Source of the DNA: Sedimentisphaerales bacterium
Lineage (GTDB): Bacteria; Planctomycetota; Phycisphaerae; Sedimentisphaerales; Anaerobacaceae
DNA: 64,000 bases
Reading direction: 5' to 3'
Assembly (NCBI GenBank): GCA_963708075.1
Contig: OY970194.1
Span: 4,992,001-5,056,000 of the forward strand
The notes under the pieces were generated by a model that saw only the letters and a list, made by a program, of their open reading frames with translations, searched no databases and was not told where the DNA came from. The number at the start of each line of letters is the position of its first letter. Position 1 is the first letter of the stretch. The position numbers and the translations under genes are program-made. Below are positions 39,052 to 50,400 of this stretch, in pieces.

Positions 39052-40521
39052 CTATCCGATTTCTTCGCTTGAGAGCTGCGGTGTCTGCGACTCGTCTTCT
39101 TCCGCTTCTTCGGACGACTGATCCTGGGACTCATCGTGCCACCAGCCCAAGCGCTCGGCCGCCAGGACAAATGCCAGGAAGGCCCAATAGTACTTCGCTG
39201 AGAGCTGCTTGATATTGAGCCCCATCACCAGCAGGTACGTCAGCACCGCCCGGGCGTAGAGCTTCTCCAGCGTCAAAGGCGTTCGCTTCACCGTCAGCAT
39301 CAGCAGGATCACGAAGATCGTGAACAGGATGGCCCCGGGGATTCCATAGACCCCAAGTGCGAAGAAGAAATCATTGTGAGGCCAGATCTGGCTGCCGGTC
39401 CGCTCGAACCAGCTATAATAACCTGTGCCTGCCGGCCAGAAGAGCACGGCGTTCCAGGCGTTCTTCACGGCCGTCATGCGAAACTCCACCGCCTCCTGGG
39501 CCCGTTGAAGATTCGTCAGGCGCTCGACGACCGAGGTCGCCAGGCCCTGTTGCTTGATCAGTAGTCCCGCCGACACCGAGGCCAGCACGATCGCCAGCAG
39601 CAGCATCGCCGCCAGCGCCGGTCGACGCAGCACCTGACGCACGAACAGCAGGGGCGACAACATCGTGAACGCAAGCGCCACCAGGCCACCACGTGAGCCG
39701 ATCCGAAGCATCATCACCGGCAGGAACAACATCGCCACGAGGTAGATCACCCGCCAGAACAGGCTCCGGTCCCGGGCAAACAGGTAAATCGCCGACAGGA
39801 ACGCGATGGCGGCCAGTGCGGCAAGCATGTTCGCGTCAATGGAACGGCCGAGCGTGGCGGAGAACCGCGGGTCACGCGTCTCCTGGACCGCGCGAATCGC
39901 CGCCCCGGTCTTGATCGCCAGGACGATGGTCCCGATCATGCCCACAACATAGCTGCGCAATGCCCAGCGGAACGTGCTCTCGTCATTCGTCTCGAGAATC
40001 CAGTAAACGAGAAGGAACAGAATGAGTAACTGAACCTGCGTGAACGCTCGCATCACTTCCATGGCCAGGTATGGCTGGGCCAGGGACACGCAGCCGATCC
40101 ACACGCACAGGATCGCGGCCACCCACAGGGCTTTGTGCCGGATTCGCAGGCCCGGGCGGGTCAGCAGCACATTGAGAAAGAAACTGACCGCCACGGCCAC
40201 GCCGATGCCCCGGTCGAGACTGAACACTTCCCCGTAGCCCACGCCCGCGCCCGTCGGCAGAATCATCATGAGCAGGCACAGGGCGAACGTCGGTTTGAGC
40301 ACCATGCCGACGAAGGTAGGCACCGCGATGATGGCGACACCCGCGAGCACGTTGTGCGCCAGGAAGATGACGCCGAACCCGACGGCACAGATGACGAGCC
40401 AGACCACCAGCAGCAGGAAATACATCGCCGGCGGAAACTGAATATCGGACGTGCGCTCCTCGGTTTCTTCGAGCAGCCCGTCTGCGTCTATTTCACTGGC
40501 GTATGTCGTGTCCATCAGCAC
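39052..40521 (-). CDS. O-antigen ligase/Wzy polymerase-family membrane protein
   Basis: ~12 TM helices, DAN.LA, GSRGG, PHNDF motifs. Confidence 0.85.
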   Translation of the reverse strand: MLMDTTYASEIDADGLLEETEERTSDIQFPPAMYFLLLVVWLVICAVGFGVIFLAHNVLAGVAIIAVPTFVGMVLKPTFALCLLMMILPTGAGVGYGEVFSLDRGIGVAVAVSFFLNVLLTRPGLRIRHKALWVAAILCVWIGCVSLAQPYLAMEVMRAFTQVQLLILFLLVYWILETNDESTFRWALRSYVVGMIGTIVLAIKTGAAIRAVQETRDPRFSATLGRSIDANMLAALAAIAFLSAIYLFARDRSLFWRVIYLVAMLFLPVMMLRIGSRGGLVALAFTMLSPLLFVRQVLRRPALAAMLLLAIVLASVSAGLLIKQQGLATSVVERLTNLQRAQEAVEFRMTAVKNAWNAVLFWPAGTGYYSWFERTGSQIWPHNDFFFALGVYGIPGAILFTIFVILLMLTVKRTPLTLEKLYARAVLTYLLVMGLNIKQLSAKYYWAFLAFVLAAERLGWWHDESQDQSSEEAEEDESQTPQLSSEEIG

Positions 40522-40608
40522 AAATATCGGCCGTCTGCGGCCCCGCCGTTACCCGTTTGGAGCCTTGTACACACCATGGCTGCGCCGCATCCTCGGAGGA
40601 CTATCGCC

Positions 40609-40685
40609 GGGTGCCATGTCTACGCTTGCGTAGACATGCTTCATGCGACAGCGAACATGCTTACGCAAGCGTAAGCATGGCACCC
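40609..40685. repeat. REPIN-like family A copy 3
   Basis: Same arms as copy 1, different spacer. Confidence 0.9.
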
Positions 40686-40710
40686 AGCTTGACGCTGCCA
40701 CCCATTGCGG

Positions 40711-42024
40711 TCATGGCGTGCCATTCTTGCTCAGAACCGCCTCGCGCTTGGCGGTCTCCTGCGGTCTTCTTCGCTTCAGGCGTTGAGTCATGCTCAAGAG
40801 CCTGCGCAGGATGCGGTGGTTGCCTGATAGCACGTACCGCGCGATAAGCAGCTTCAGCATGTTCAGGTAGTCGCTCGGGATCGGGGCCATCAGTTTCTGG
40901 CGATACGCAGGCACGTGCCGTCCCCATAGCCGCGCCAGCAGCATCCGGGCCTTGAGCTTTCTCTTTTTGAATAACGCCCGGCCTTGTGAGGCCAGCAGCG
41001 GTTGGAGGCCAAGTTCCGATAACTCGACCGCCTCCCGTGCCGCCGCCGCTTCAAGCAGCTCCTCCGCCTCCGGCGTTCGCGAGACGACAAATGAACTGCC
41101 CACCTTATCGGTCTTGACGAGCTCCGGAAGCCACGCGTCGCCGCAGGACAGGTCGCTCAGCTCGCCCAGCATGTCGCTGCACAACATGCAGCGCCACAGG
41201 GAATACGGGCCGAGCCTTCTATAGTACTGCGCCAGCGGGACCACGGTCTCAGTCCCATCCTTCACGCGCACCAGCATGCTCCCGGGCCAGCCCCGGCCGC
41301 GATACTGCAGCTCCTGGACCTCCGCGGGCGGAATACCCAGGCTCTCGATGAATCGCCTTGTCCCGTGAAAACTGTAATCGAAGCTGCACGCGATGCTGAT
41401 CCGGTAGCGGATTCTCCCCGACAACTCGGCAATCTGCTGTTCGGCCTTGCGGATGCCCTGGATATGACACGGCAGTCCGACGACGGCGAACCGACCCTTG
41501 GACTTGAGAATCTCTTTGACCGCCGCGCCGATCGTCACGGGACAATACTTCGAGCCGGCGGCGGACAGAATTTCCCGCCGGGTTCTTGCGATGAAAGGCT
41601 CGGGCGTCAGCGGATTGTCGCTTCGCATCCGCGTCACCAGCGCACCGTCGATCAAGTCATGCTCCAGCGCAAAGATCAGCAGGGCTGTCACCAGGCCGCC
41701 CGAGGCGCTGTCGTATCGAATGCTCCCGTCGCAGGCGTGGCCGACGTATGTGGCGAGGTATCGGCCTAGAGCAATGTCGCCGGGAATATCCCCGAAGAGC
41801 CTCTTGCTCAATCCCTCGAAATCGACACTGTGGCCGGGACAGACCTCGTAGCATAGCCCGCAATGGCGGCAATTCTCCTCGCGCATCTGCGGCACGAAGC
41901 AGCCCTGCGAATCGTCCGTGGTCATGTTGAGGGCCTCGTGCGGACAAATCGCCGCGCATACGCCACAGCCCGTGCACAGCTTGCGCTTTACGACCCACTG
42001 GATTGTCAGTCGCTTATCTTTCAC
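40711..42024 (-). CDS. F420 hydrogenase/dehydrogenase beta-subunit-like Fe-S protein
   Basis: Two CxxCxxCxxxCP ferredoxin motifs, SASGGLVT, GSKY, VGLPCHI, YRGRGWPG, D.SCGDAW. Confidence 0.88.
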   Translation of the reverse strand: MKDKRLTIQWVVKRKLCTGCGVCAAICPHEALNMTTDDSQGCFVPQMREENCRHCGLCYEVCPGHSVDFEGLSKRLFGDIPGDIALGRYLATYVGHACDGSIRYDSASGGLVTALLIFALEHDLIDGALVTRMRSDNPLTPEPFIARTRREILSAAGSKYCPVTIGAAVKEILKSKGRFAVVGLPCHIQGIRKAEQQIAELSGRIRYRISIACSFDYSFHGTRRFIESLGIPPAEVQELQYRGRGWPGSMLVRVKDGTETVVPLAQYYRRLGPYSLWRCMLCSDMLGELSDLSCGDAWLPELVKTDKVGSSFVVSRTPEAEELLEAAAAREAVELSELGLQPLLASQGRALFKKRKLKARMLLARLWGRHVPAYRQKLMAPIPSDYLNMLKLLIARYVLSGNHRILRRLLSMTQRLKRRRPQETAKREAVLSKNGTP

Positions 42025-42042
42025 GATTCTAAATGTACTCCC

Positions 42043-43327
42043 CTACGATCCTTTGACAAGGTGCGCGATGTCCTCGATCTGCCGAGCCAACGTTCCCCGG
42101 ATCTGCTCCAGAGATTGCCGCATCGAGGCGCAGGTTCTCGAAGATCCCGAGGACCTTTGTTGAAGCGGCGTCCTCGCCCATCGCGTCCATGTCTATGATA
42201 TAGTCCTCGCACCGGCACATCTCGCCGATGATTCCGTGCGTCCTCGTATCCTGGCGGTTCGTCAGCGCGACAAAAGGCGTGCCGACAGAGACGCCGCCGA
42301 TCAGCGAATGCGTCCGCTCCCCCATCAGGAAATCGCACTCGCGGATGATGCTTTTGAGCAATCGCGGGCCGCAATCTTGTTCCAGGATCAGAGAGCCGTC
42401 CGGCCGAGACTTCATCTGCTCAACCACGTGCCGGGCGGCAACCACATCGCTGCCGTCCTGCTCCAGCGAGTGAGGCAGGAACAGGAGAAACGCATGGTGC
42501 CTCTCGACCAGAGGGTCGAGAATCGCGGCAAGGTATCTTGCGTGGGCCTGCTGCTTCGCTTGTCCCTGCAGGTCGGGTCGAAAACCGGCGTATACTCTGC
42601 CTTTCTCCAAAGCCGTCACGGCGACGACCGGCCTGCCACTCTCCCTCGCCCGGCGGTAGAGCTCCTGTGATTCAAGAACCTCGCGAGCTTCTTGCGGCTC
42701 GGCCGGCCGCATCGCAAACGCCGGGTCGGGACCGACCACAAGCTTGCCAGGGTCACGGCAGACCTGTGCCATGCTGTCCCGCGAGTGTCTCTCGCGAAAT
42801 ACGCAGAAGTCACTTTCCTCCATCGTACGTCGGTACAGGGCCGCTTTGTAGAACCGCCCGCCGGCGATGCCTGTACTGGCGCCGAGGATGCCTGACCTTT
42901 TGCCATGCCGCTTGGCCAGGTGAATGATTCCGCACGACTCGACGCCAAAGACGCCGTCATGGCCGACAAGGACGTACTCGGCCCGACTGAAGAACTCCTG
43001 CAGCGGCCGACATTGCCCGGCCCCGCTGGCCGTCAGATTCTTCAGCCGCCCATAGACTCTCAGTTGAAGCTGTGCGGCGATGGCCGCTTGCATGAGGATT
43101 CGCCCCCGGCGCGACAGCCGGGAATTGCCCTCAAACCTGAACAGCCACTGCCTCGGGAAGATAGTGATGTTGCCGTGCTGTGTCACCATCTCGACGTTGT
43201 CGAACAATCCCAGCGAGACAGGACGGCCTTGTGAAAGCATATCCTCGATCCCGCGAACGATGGCCTCTTCGCCCTTGTTCGCAATCGGCACGTAATCAGC
43301 AATCAGAATGTGCAACGCATCAGCCAC
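42043..43327 (-). CDS. Polysaccharide pyruvyl transferase-family protein (apparent +1 frameshift near the 3' end)
   Basis: NKGEEAI, FRE..S, DPAF, GERTHSLI. Removing one A in GAGAACC (42133-42139) gives a helical tail ending at TAG 42043. Confidence 0.8.
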
Positions 43328-43353
43328 AGATTTGTGTCACCCGTATCAAGGTT

Positions 43354-43433
43354 GGGTGCCATGCTTACGCTTGCGTAAGCATGCCTTTGCTTCGTATATG
43401 ACGCATGTCTACGCAAGCGTAGACATGGCACCC
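43354..43433. repeat. REPIN-like family A copy 4 (opposite orientation)
   Basis: GGGTGCCATGCTTACGCTTGCGTAAGCATG...CATGTCTACGCAAGCGTAGACATGGCACCC. Confidence 0.9.
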
Positions 43434-43457
43434 CGGTTCATGTCCGGCCGCCATCAC

Positions 43458-45041
43458 TCACTGAGCCGGAATGTGGACGCTCTCCGCGGCAGGCTTCCCT
43501 CGGCCGCGACGAAAGACGCGCAGCAGGCGCTGCCGTTCGGTGTGGTCCAGGCTCAGGAACCAACTGAAGACTACCGTGGCCGTGCCGGTGACGGCGACAA
43601 CGGCGAAAATCTCACGCCACGAGTCCGGCGGCGACAGATACTTCCACAAGGCGATGATCGCCACGCCGGGCAGACCTCCCAGAATCGCCGGCCACCACAC
43701 GTGCGTGATACTGTCCCACGCCGAGATCTTCATCTTGTGATTGAAGTAGATTGGAATGACAATGCCGGCCACCAGGACCATGGGGATGAGATTGCTCCAG
43801 GCGATGCCCTCGAGCCCAAGATCGAACACCTTCACGGCGACGATGGCGCTGGAGACGCACAGGAGCGCCTCGACAGCCGTCAGGATTCCGAAGACCTTGT
43901 GCTCGCCCCGGCCGGCCAGGACCAGGAAGTTGCTGTGTTGACTCAGGATGAAGAAGTAGCCCACCGTCAGAATGGCCAGGACGGTCGCCATGGTGTGCAG
44001 AGTCGCCGGGTCCTTGATTTCCGCGCCCACCCAGACCGTCAGGAACTGGCGGCCCATCACGATCAGGAAACAGGCAGCGGGGATAATCACGAGCAGGCTG
44101 TACTTCTGCGTCAGGAAGGCAATCTGGCGGACCCGTGAGTGGTCGTCGCGGGCATCGAGGTCGCTGACCGCCGGCTTGATCGCCGCGGTGAACGCCTGGA
44201 GGAACTCGGACATCAGCAGCAGGCCCGCGGCCGCCGTGTACAGCTCGGCCACCTCGGATGTCCCCAGGAAGATACCGGTGATCGTGGCGCTGGCCCGGTA
44301 GATAATCAGGGCCCCCATCGCGTACAGGAACGTGTTCATGCCGTAGAAGAGCATCTCCTTCAGCAGCACGCCATCCACGTTGCGCCAGGAGATGTAACCG
44401 GCGGGCAGCAATCGCCGCGCGAGGATGTGCTGCACGCCGCGGGCGACGATCTCGCTGATGCCGTAGATGAGCCCCAGGGTGATCAGGCCGTAGCCGCGAA
44501 GCAGCAGGACGACGGTCAGCACCGTTCTAATGGTCAGGACCACGACGGTCGTGATGCTGACCATGTCATACCGCTGCAGTCCGCTGAGCACGGCCGTCGT
44601 CAGTTGCAACGGGGTTGAAGCTGCAAAGCCTATCCCGACAACGAGCGTGAGCACGCTGGCCGTCCGGACCAGCTCAGGTTCGATCGTGAACCAGTCGCCG
44701 ATCTTCACCGCGAACAAGATGCTCAGGAGCACCAGCACCACGCCGATGATCGTGAAGAAGAACAGGGCTGTGCTGACGACCTTGCGAATGCCCTCCTCGT
44801 CATCCTTCGCGTAGTACATCGGGATTCGGCGGTTGATCGCGCTATTGAGTCCCAGTCCGAGCAGGGTCCGGTAGCGGAAAAGATCGCCGATCAGCACCCA
44901 GACGCCGTAACGGGCTTTCCCCAAGTGGCCCAGGAAGAATCCGATCAGCAGAAACCCGATGATCGCGTTGCTCATCAGCATCAGCAGGTTGAAGAACGTG
45001 TTGCGGACCAGCGCCCGCGATGTTGTGACTGTCTTGGCCAT
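43458..45041 (-). CDS. Wzx oligosaccharide flippase
   Basis: LVRNTFFN start, LG...YGVW, ~14 TM helices, polysaccharide-locus context. Confidence 0.88.
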   Translation of the reverse strand: MAKTVTTSRALVRNTFFNLLMLMSNAIIGFLLIGFFLGHLGKARYGVWVLIGDLFRYRTLLGLGLNSAINRRIPMYYAKDDEEGIRKVVSTALFFFTIIGVVLVLLSILFAVKIGDWFTIEPELVRTASVLTLVVGIGFAASTPLQLTTAVLSGLQRYDMVSITTVVVLTIRTVLTVVLLLRGYGLITLGLIYGISEIVARGVQHILARRLLPAGYISWRNVDGVLLKEMLFYGMNTFLYAMGALIIYRASATITGIFLGTSEVAELYTAAAGLLLMSEFLQAFTAAIKPAVSDLDARDDHSRVRQIAFLTQKYSLLVIIPAACFLIVMGRQFLTVWVGAEIKDPATLHTMATVLAILTVGYFFILSQHSNFLVLAGRGEHKVFGILTAVEALLCVSSAIVAVKVFDLGLEGIAWSNLIPMVLVAGIVIPIYFNHKMKISAWDSITHVWWPAILGGLPGVAIIALWKYLSPPDSWREIFAVVAVTGTATVVFSWFLSLDHTERQRLLRVFRRGRGKPAAESVHIPAQ

Positions 45042-45047
45042 ATCGTG

Positions 45048-45839
45048 CTACTTTGAATCCTTCGCGCACGCAGCGCACTTCCTTGCGATACAAAACAGGT
45101 TCGCCGATTCGAAGCGGCGGGCGTCCCAGGCAACGACGCGCCGGACGACAGCCTGCAACGGCCCGAGCCGCCCGACCGCCAGTTCCGCGCCCTTGAGAAT
45201 CCGCAGGAACAATCCGGCCCCGTCAAACTCGACGACGGAAAAGCCATTACGACTCAGCACCCTCTCCAGTTTGCGGCGGGAGAAATGCTCGTGCCATCGC
45301 TTCTTCGCGGAGACATCGCCGACCAGGCCGTCCGGATTCGCCAGGTATCGGCGCTCGTATTCCTCGCGGGAATGTTTGCGGCAGTAGAACCATTGGTGCA
45401 GCCGGGGGAAGCGAAACTTCAGGTTGCCCAAATCCAGGAACGAAAACACATGTTGCCCGGGAACGGTGACGATCAAGGTCCCTTCATCCTGTAAGACACG
45501 ATGCAACTCCGCGAGCAAGGCGTCAGGCTCATCCACGTGCTCCAGTACATCGAGCAGGCTGACCGAGGAAAACTCGCCCTTGCCGAACGGCAAAATTGCC
45601 TTCCCGTCGATGTGCATGATCTGCATCTCAGCGCATCTGGTCTTCGCCAGCCCGATGGCTTCCCGGCTGACATCTGCGCCGACCACCCGGCTGATCCCTT
45701 TACCCGCGAGCCCGACAAGGAACCGTCCATCGCCGCACCCGTAGTCCAGGTGAGTCCCTCCGCCCGCAGGCACACGCTGCCACGCAAAGCCGTAGCGATC
45801 CCAGCCAAATGGGTTGTCCGCCGCAATCCTGGTATGCAT
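45048..45839 (-). CDS. Class I SAM-dependent methyltransferase
   Basis: LDYGCGDG, DVLEHV, LHRVL...G.LIVTVP. Confidence 0.9.
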   Translation of the reverse strand: MHTRIAADNPFGWDRYGFAWQRVPAGGGTHLDYGCGDGRFLVGLAGKGISRVVGADVSREAIGLAKTRCAEMQIMHIDGKAILPFGKGEFSSVSLLDVLEHVDEPDALLAELHRVLQDEGTLIVTVPGQHVFSFLDLGNLKFRFPRLHQWFYCRKHSREEYERRYLANPDGLVGDVSAKKRWHEHFSRRKLERVLSRNGFSVVEFDGAGLFLRILKGAELAVGRLGPLQAVVRRVVAWDARRFESANLFCIARKCAACAKDSK

Positions 45840-45846
45840 AAGCCGC

Positions 45847-47376
45847 TTATCCGTTCGAGGACGGCACTTTGGCGATTTTCCACAGGACGCCTGTCTTGAT
45901 CAATTCGCACTTTTCGAGCGCGAACGGCGGACAGTATCCAGGTCGATTTGACGTTACATACACAGGATGTGTTCCGACGAGTTGCTCCAGAGCCTTCAGA
46001 TTGTAGGGTGGGGCGCCATGGCTGCTGACAATGCCCGTGACGATTTTGACATCCGGCCGCAGGCCTTTGACCTCCTGCACGTACAGAAGCGGGCCTACGG
46101 TCGTCGTATCCGCCAGGATGATCGCGTCAGGCTCAACACCAGTCAGGGCCTCCGTGGCGAAACGGTCCGCCCCGGTGTCCCCCGTCTTCCACGGCTCCAG
46201 GAAGAACTCGTAGTCGTTTCGATATGCCAGATCGCCTCGCGTCCCGATGCGCAGATTCATTCGCTCGGCCATCGCCGGTGCCGCGACATAGACTAAGACC
46301 GGCAGCAGCACACAGAATGCGATCGCGTGTGCAACCGCCCTGTGCCTCGCATGGACCTCTTGCACGCCAAGACCGATCAGGATTGCGACGACGACGTAAA
46401 ACGGGATGAAGAACGCGTAACGGTCTGCGACCGTGTATCGGGACGCGAAAAGGAAGAACAGGACAAGGAGTGCGATGAGCACGTTGCGAAAGGCCCGCGC
46501 GTGGGCGGTCCTGCATAGAGCGTAGCCGCCGACGAAGAACAGCAAGGCGTTCGGCGTCGGGAAATTCAGCGTAAGGAAAAGAGCGTTCTCCTTGACGCTC
46601 TTCCACGACAGGCTGGTGTTGAGGACGTCGCCCCGCCAGCGATCCGCAAAGGCCGCCGAGGCCAGCGTGCCTGCGACGTCGCCGCTATGCACGATGTTCT
46701 TGATGATCAGATACTCGTAGGGCAGCGCACCCAGAATCCACAGGCCGGCGATGACGGCAACGTCTCTTCCGCGAATCGCTCTTCTCGCCAGGAGGATAAC
46801 GACAAGCGCCGCATAGCAGACACACGCGATGGACGCGAGCATATGCACGGCGATGGCCAGCCCGTTCAGCAGGCCGAGCAGGTACAGATAACTCACCCTC
46901 CCGGTCCTCGTGTACTGGAGGAGCATGATCAGCTCGGCGAGGAACAGGGCCGTCCACAGCATGTAAGTCTCCGCGATGCTCGCGTGCTGCCAGACGGTGT
47001 GCGAGACGGCGAGCGTCACGGCGGCGATCATTGCCGGGAAGTCCGAGCCGAGCCACAGCCGCACCAGCAGGTACAGATTCGCCACAGCCACTGCCGCCGC
47101 CAGCGCCGAGACGAGATTCACCCGATGAGCGATCTCACCGAGTGGCACCAGCTTGGCCCCGATGGCGACGATGTAGTACAGCGGGTGCGAGATCGCCAGG
47201 CCGAGGAAGCCCTCGATGTCGTTGTGCCACACGCGGTATTGGATCAGCCCGCTATCCTGCCATAGCACCCCCGGCGCACAACTGACTGCATACAGCGCCC
47301 CTGCGACAAGGAGAATCGCAAGGTATCTGACGGGAATAGATGATAGCCTCTGCAATGGAAAACCTTGTAGCTGCAA
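45847..47376 (-). CDS. DUF2723 / TMEM260-like GT-C glycosyltransferase
   Basis: PGV.WQDSG, HPLY, RVNLVSA, W.HASIAETY; multi-TM. Confidence 0.75.
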   Translation of the reverse strand: MQLQGFPLQRLSSIPVRYLAILLVAGALYAVSCAPGVLWQDSGLIQYRVWHNDIEGFLGLAISHPLYYIVAIGAKLVPLGEIAHRVNLVSALAAAVAVANLYLLVRLWLGSDFPAMIAAVTLAVSHTVWQHASIAETYMLWTALFLAELIMLLQYTRTGRVSYLYLLGLLNGLAIAVHMLASIACVCYAALVVILLARRAIRGRDVAVIAGLWILGALPYEYLIIKNIVHSGDVAGTLASAAFADRWRGDVLNTSLSWKSVKENALFLTLNFPTPNALLFFVGGYALCRTAHARAFRNVLIALLVLFFLFASRYTVADRYAFFIPFYVVVAILIGLGVQEVHARHRAVAHAIAFCVLLPVLVYVAAPAMAERMNLRIGTRGDLAYRNDYEFFLEPWKTGDTGADRFATEALTGVEPDAIILADTTTVGPLLYVQEVKGLRPDVKIVTGIVSSHGAPPYNLKALEQLVGTHPVYVTSNRPGYCPPFALEKCELIKTGVLWKIAKVPSSNG

Positions 47377-47387
47377 GGCGCCGTGAC

Positions 47388-47466
47388 GGGTGCCATGTCT
47401 ACGCTCGCGTAGACATGCCGACGCCGATGATCAGAACATGCTTACGCAAGCATAAGCATGGCACCC
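47388..47466. repeat. REPIN-like family A copy 5
   Basis: GGGTGCCATGTCTACGCTCGCGTAGACATG...CATGCTTACGCAAGCATAAGCATGGCACCC. Confidence 0.9.
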
Positions 47467-47487
47467 AATTCCTGGGTGGTCGCTATT

Positions 47488-50400
47488 CTAACAGACCGTC
47501 ACGACCAGGCCTTCAGTGCTCACGTTGAAGTCGAAGAAGCGGGCGCGATCGTTCGGCGGGTGAGTGTCGAGCAACTGCCGCACCGCGGCTGCGTCCTGCG
47601 GCGACTTGCAGATCATGAGCATGAAGCCGCCGCCGCCGGCGCCGAGGAGCTTGCCGCCGTGGATGTGCGGCCGGACACGGGCGAAGAGCGCCTCGATCTC
47701 GTCGTTGCTGCTGTTGGGGTCCAGCCGCTTGTTCAACTGCCACGCCACGTCCATGAGATACCCGAACCGCTCGATGTCTTTGCGGATGAATGCGTCCATG
47801 ACCTCGCGAGCGACGGCCCCGATCTGCCGCAGCGTTGCCATCGCCGACCGGTCGCGATCGAGGTATCGCCCCACCACCTGGTGCAGGATGTTCTTCGCCA
47901 GGCGGGTGATCCCGGTATAGTAGAGCAACGTTTGGCCGCCGTTGGTGCCCGGGTCGAGGATGTCCGAAGGCAGGTAATGGATGTGGGCGTCCGGGACCAT
48001 GCCAGGCTCGGTGACGATCATCTTGACGCCGTCCACGACGCCGCCGATCTGGTCCTGCCAGCCGCCGCCTGTGGTCAGGGCCTGCTCGAGACGCAGCACG
48101 CTGTGGAATAGCTCCCGCGGCGACAACTGCCTGCCCATCGCACGGCCCAGCGCCGCCACGATCACGGCCCCCATGATGCTGGAGGTTCCCAGTCCGCTTC
48201 CCTTGGGGATGGCGGCGAGCGTGGTCAGCTCGATGCCGCCGCCGAAAGCCTGGAGCGCTTTCTTCAGCGTTCGTTTGCGTCCTGCGGCGTTTGACGTCAG
48301 GCCGGACAGCACCATCGCCGCCTTGGCCAGCGCGAAGCTGCCCGTTGCCTGGCGGTAATCCATCAGGTTCTCGAAGTCCCGTACCTCGATTCGCACGCCC
48401 AGGTCGATGGAGCCGATGCGGATGAGCGGCTCATCGATCACTCGCAGGTACGCCTGGATCGGGGGCTGGCCGTTCAGATTTACAGCCGCGTTCGTCACGC
48501 ACCCGCCCCACTCCAGCGAGTACGGCGGCGTGTCCGTCCACCCGCCACCCATGTCCAGCCGGGCCGGCGCACGCGCCCAGACAATTTCGTCGCTTCGCAA
48601 TACGCTCCGCGGCGCAGCCTCCTCCCCGGTTCCGCTGGCGACAATCGTACGTTCCAGGCCGTGGAAGGCTGCTTCCTGCATCGCGCGGCACCACTGGGCC
48701 AGTGTTACCCCGCCCTCCGGCGCAAGACCTGACAATATGAGCCGACGGCGGACGCCCGGATCGAGCCTCTCGCCGAAGCCGGGCAGCGCTTTCGTCACGA
48801 GCCTGCGGTCGCCTCGTGAGGCGGCGGCGATCGCCGAGCCGAGTGTATGGATGACGCGAGGAAAAGCGAGGTCCGCCCCGCCTTCGCAATTGCGACATGC
48901 GTGCTTGACAACCTCGGCAATCCACGCCTGCGGGTCGTTATCGCGACGCATGAGCCAGGCCAGCTCGCGCGCCGATAGGCTACTGTCGGGTCGAAAGGCC
49001 AGTTGCAGAGACCCTCGCAAGAGTCTCGCACGAATCTCGCTTCGACGATCATAGAAGCTCTCCGGGTCAGCCATCGCCAGGATTTGCTCGAGGCTGTAGC
49101 GGGCCACTGAGCGCCAGGCGCTTCGCTGGACATCAGATGCATTCAACGGATCGAACATCCAGAGCCATTGTCGGTACTGGCTATGCTCTTTCACCGCCGG
49201 GAAGAGCCGGGCATTCCAGATCGTGCGGTTTGCAGAGCCGACCGCATCATCCCAGACGTCCTCCGGCCGGGCGCCGATCGCCGTCAGCCAGGCGGACAAG
49301 TCCTGCCCGCAGAACACGGCCCCGTTGTCCACAGCCCCCTTGAATGTGTCGTCGACGCCGTAGCATCGGACAAACCACAGGCCCCCGCCTCTCGCGTTGC
49401 GCCCGCGGATCACGTCGAGGCACATCCCGGCGGGCAGCGAGAGCGGCTCATCCACATCGATGCCGACCACGACGTTCTCGCCGCCCAGCGTCAACGACGA
49501 GCGGATGCGACAGCCTTCGACCCAGCTTGCCGAGCCATGCACCGCGCCGCCGCAGGTCACTTCATTGTTGATGTCCAGATGAGCCTGCAGGTGCGAAACA
49601 CCTCGGTCCTCCTGGAGCAGCCGGGTGCCGCTGTTGATCAGGGACCGATTCATGCCGAAGTCGAGGAAGTCACAGCGTTCGAGCAACTGCACGTTGAACG
49701 GGATGGCAGACAGGGGCGTGAACAACTTCCCGAGCATCGCCGGTGCCCATTTCGAGCCGCTCTGTTGCGCGGATCGAATGTAGTGAGCCAGGCTTGCCTG
49801 CCGGCCCATGGCACAGCAAACTTCCCGATAGAAGTCGAGGCCGTGTTGCATGATCGCGCGTCCGCGCGGTCCGCCGAGGCTCAGGCGGCCATTCTTATCC
49901 GCGCGGCGCCGAAAAGTCGCAGCAGGCGCACGGCCGTGCCCGCATCGAAATGCATCACGCCGATATCCAGGCAGGATTGCCCGTACGCGTCGATTGCACC
50001 TTGTGCCTTCTGCTCTTTGATGGAGGGCTTCTGGAGGAACAGCCGGACTTCGTCGTCCTGCCCACAGCAGAATACGCCATGCCGGCTCGCTTGCTCGGGA
50101 TGGGCGTAGCATGCGAGTCCCGTGACACCCTCGCGGGCGAATCGGACCGCCGCCGGATCGAATCGCAGCAGGACATCGCCGGAGGTGATCACGACCTGTC
50201 CCCGACCCGCCGTCGGCTGCGGCAGGGCCAGATAGGTGGGCAACTGGCGGTCGAACAGGCTCAGGCACACGGCACTGTCGTTCTCGCCGGGCACGGGGAT
50301 GAAGATCTTGCCGCAGGGCCCGTAGGCAGGCATCCGGCGAGAGTCACCGCCGGCGTGGATGATCAGGATGCGAAGCTCCCCGAGCACTTGCTCCCACGCC

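Noticed and set aside
30614..47466. Family-A repeats with unique spacers as a CRISPR array
   Set aside because: Copies are kilobases apart, each is an inverted pair, and there are no cas genes; REPIN architecture fits better.
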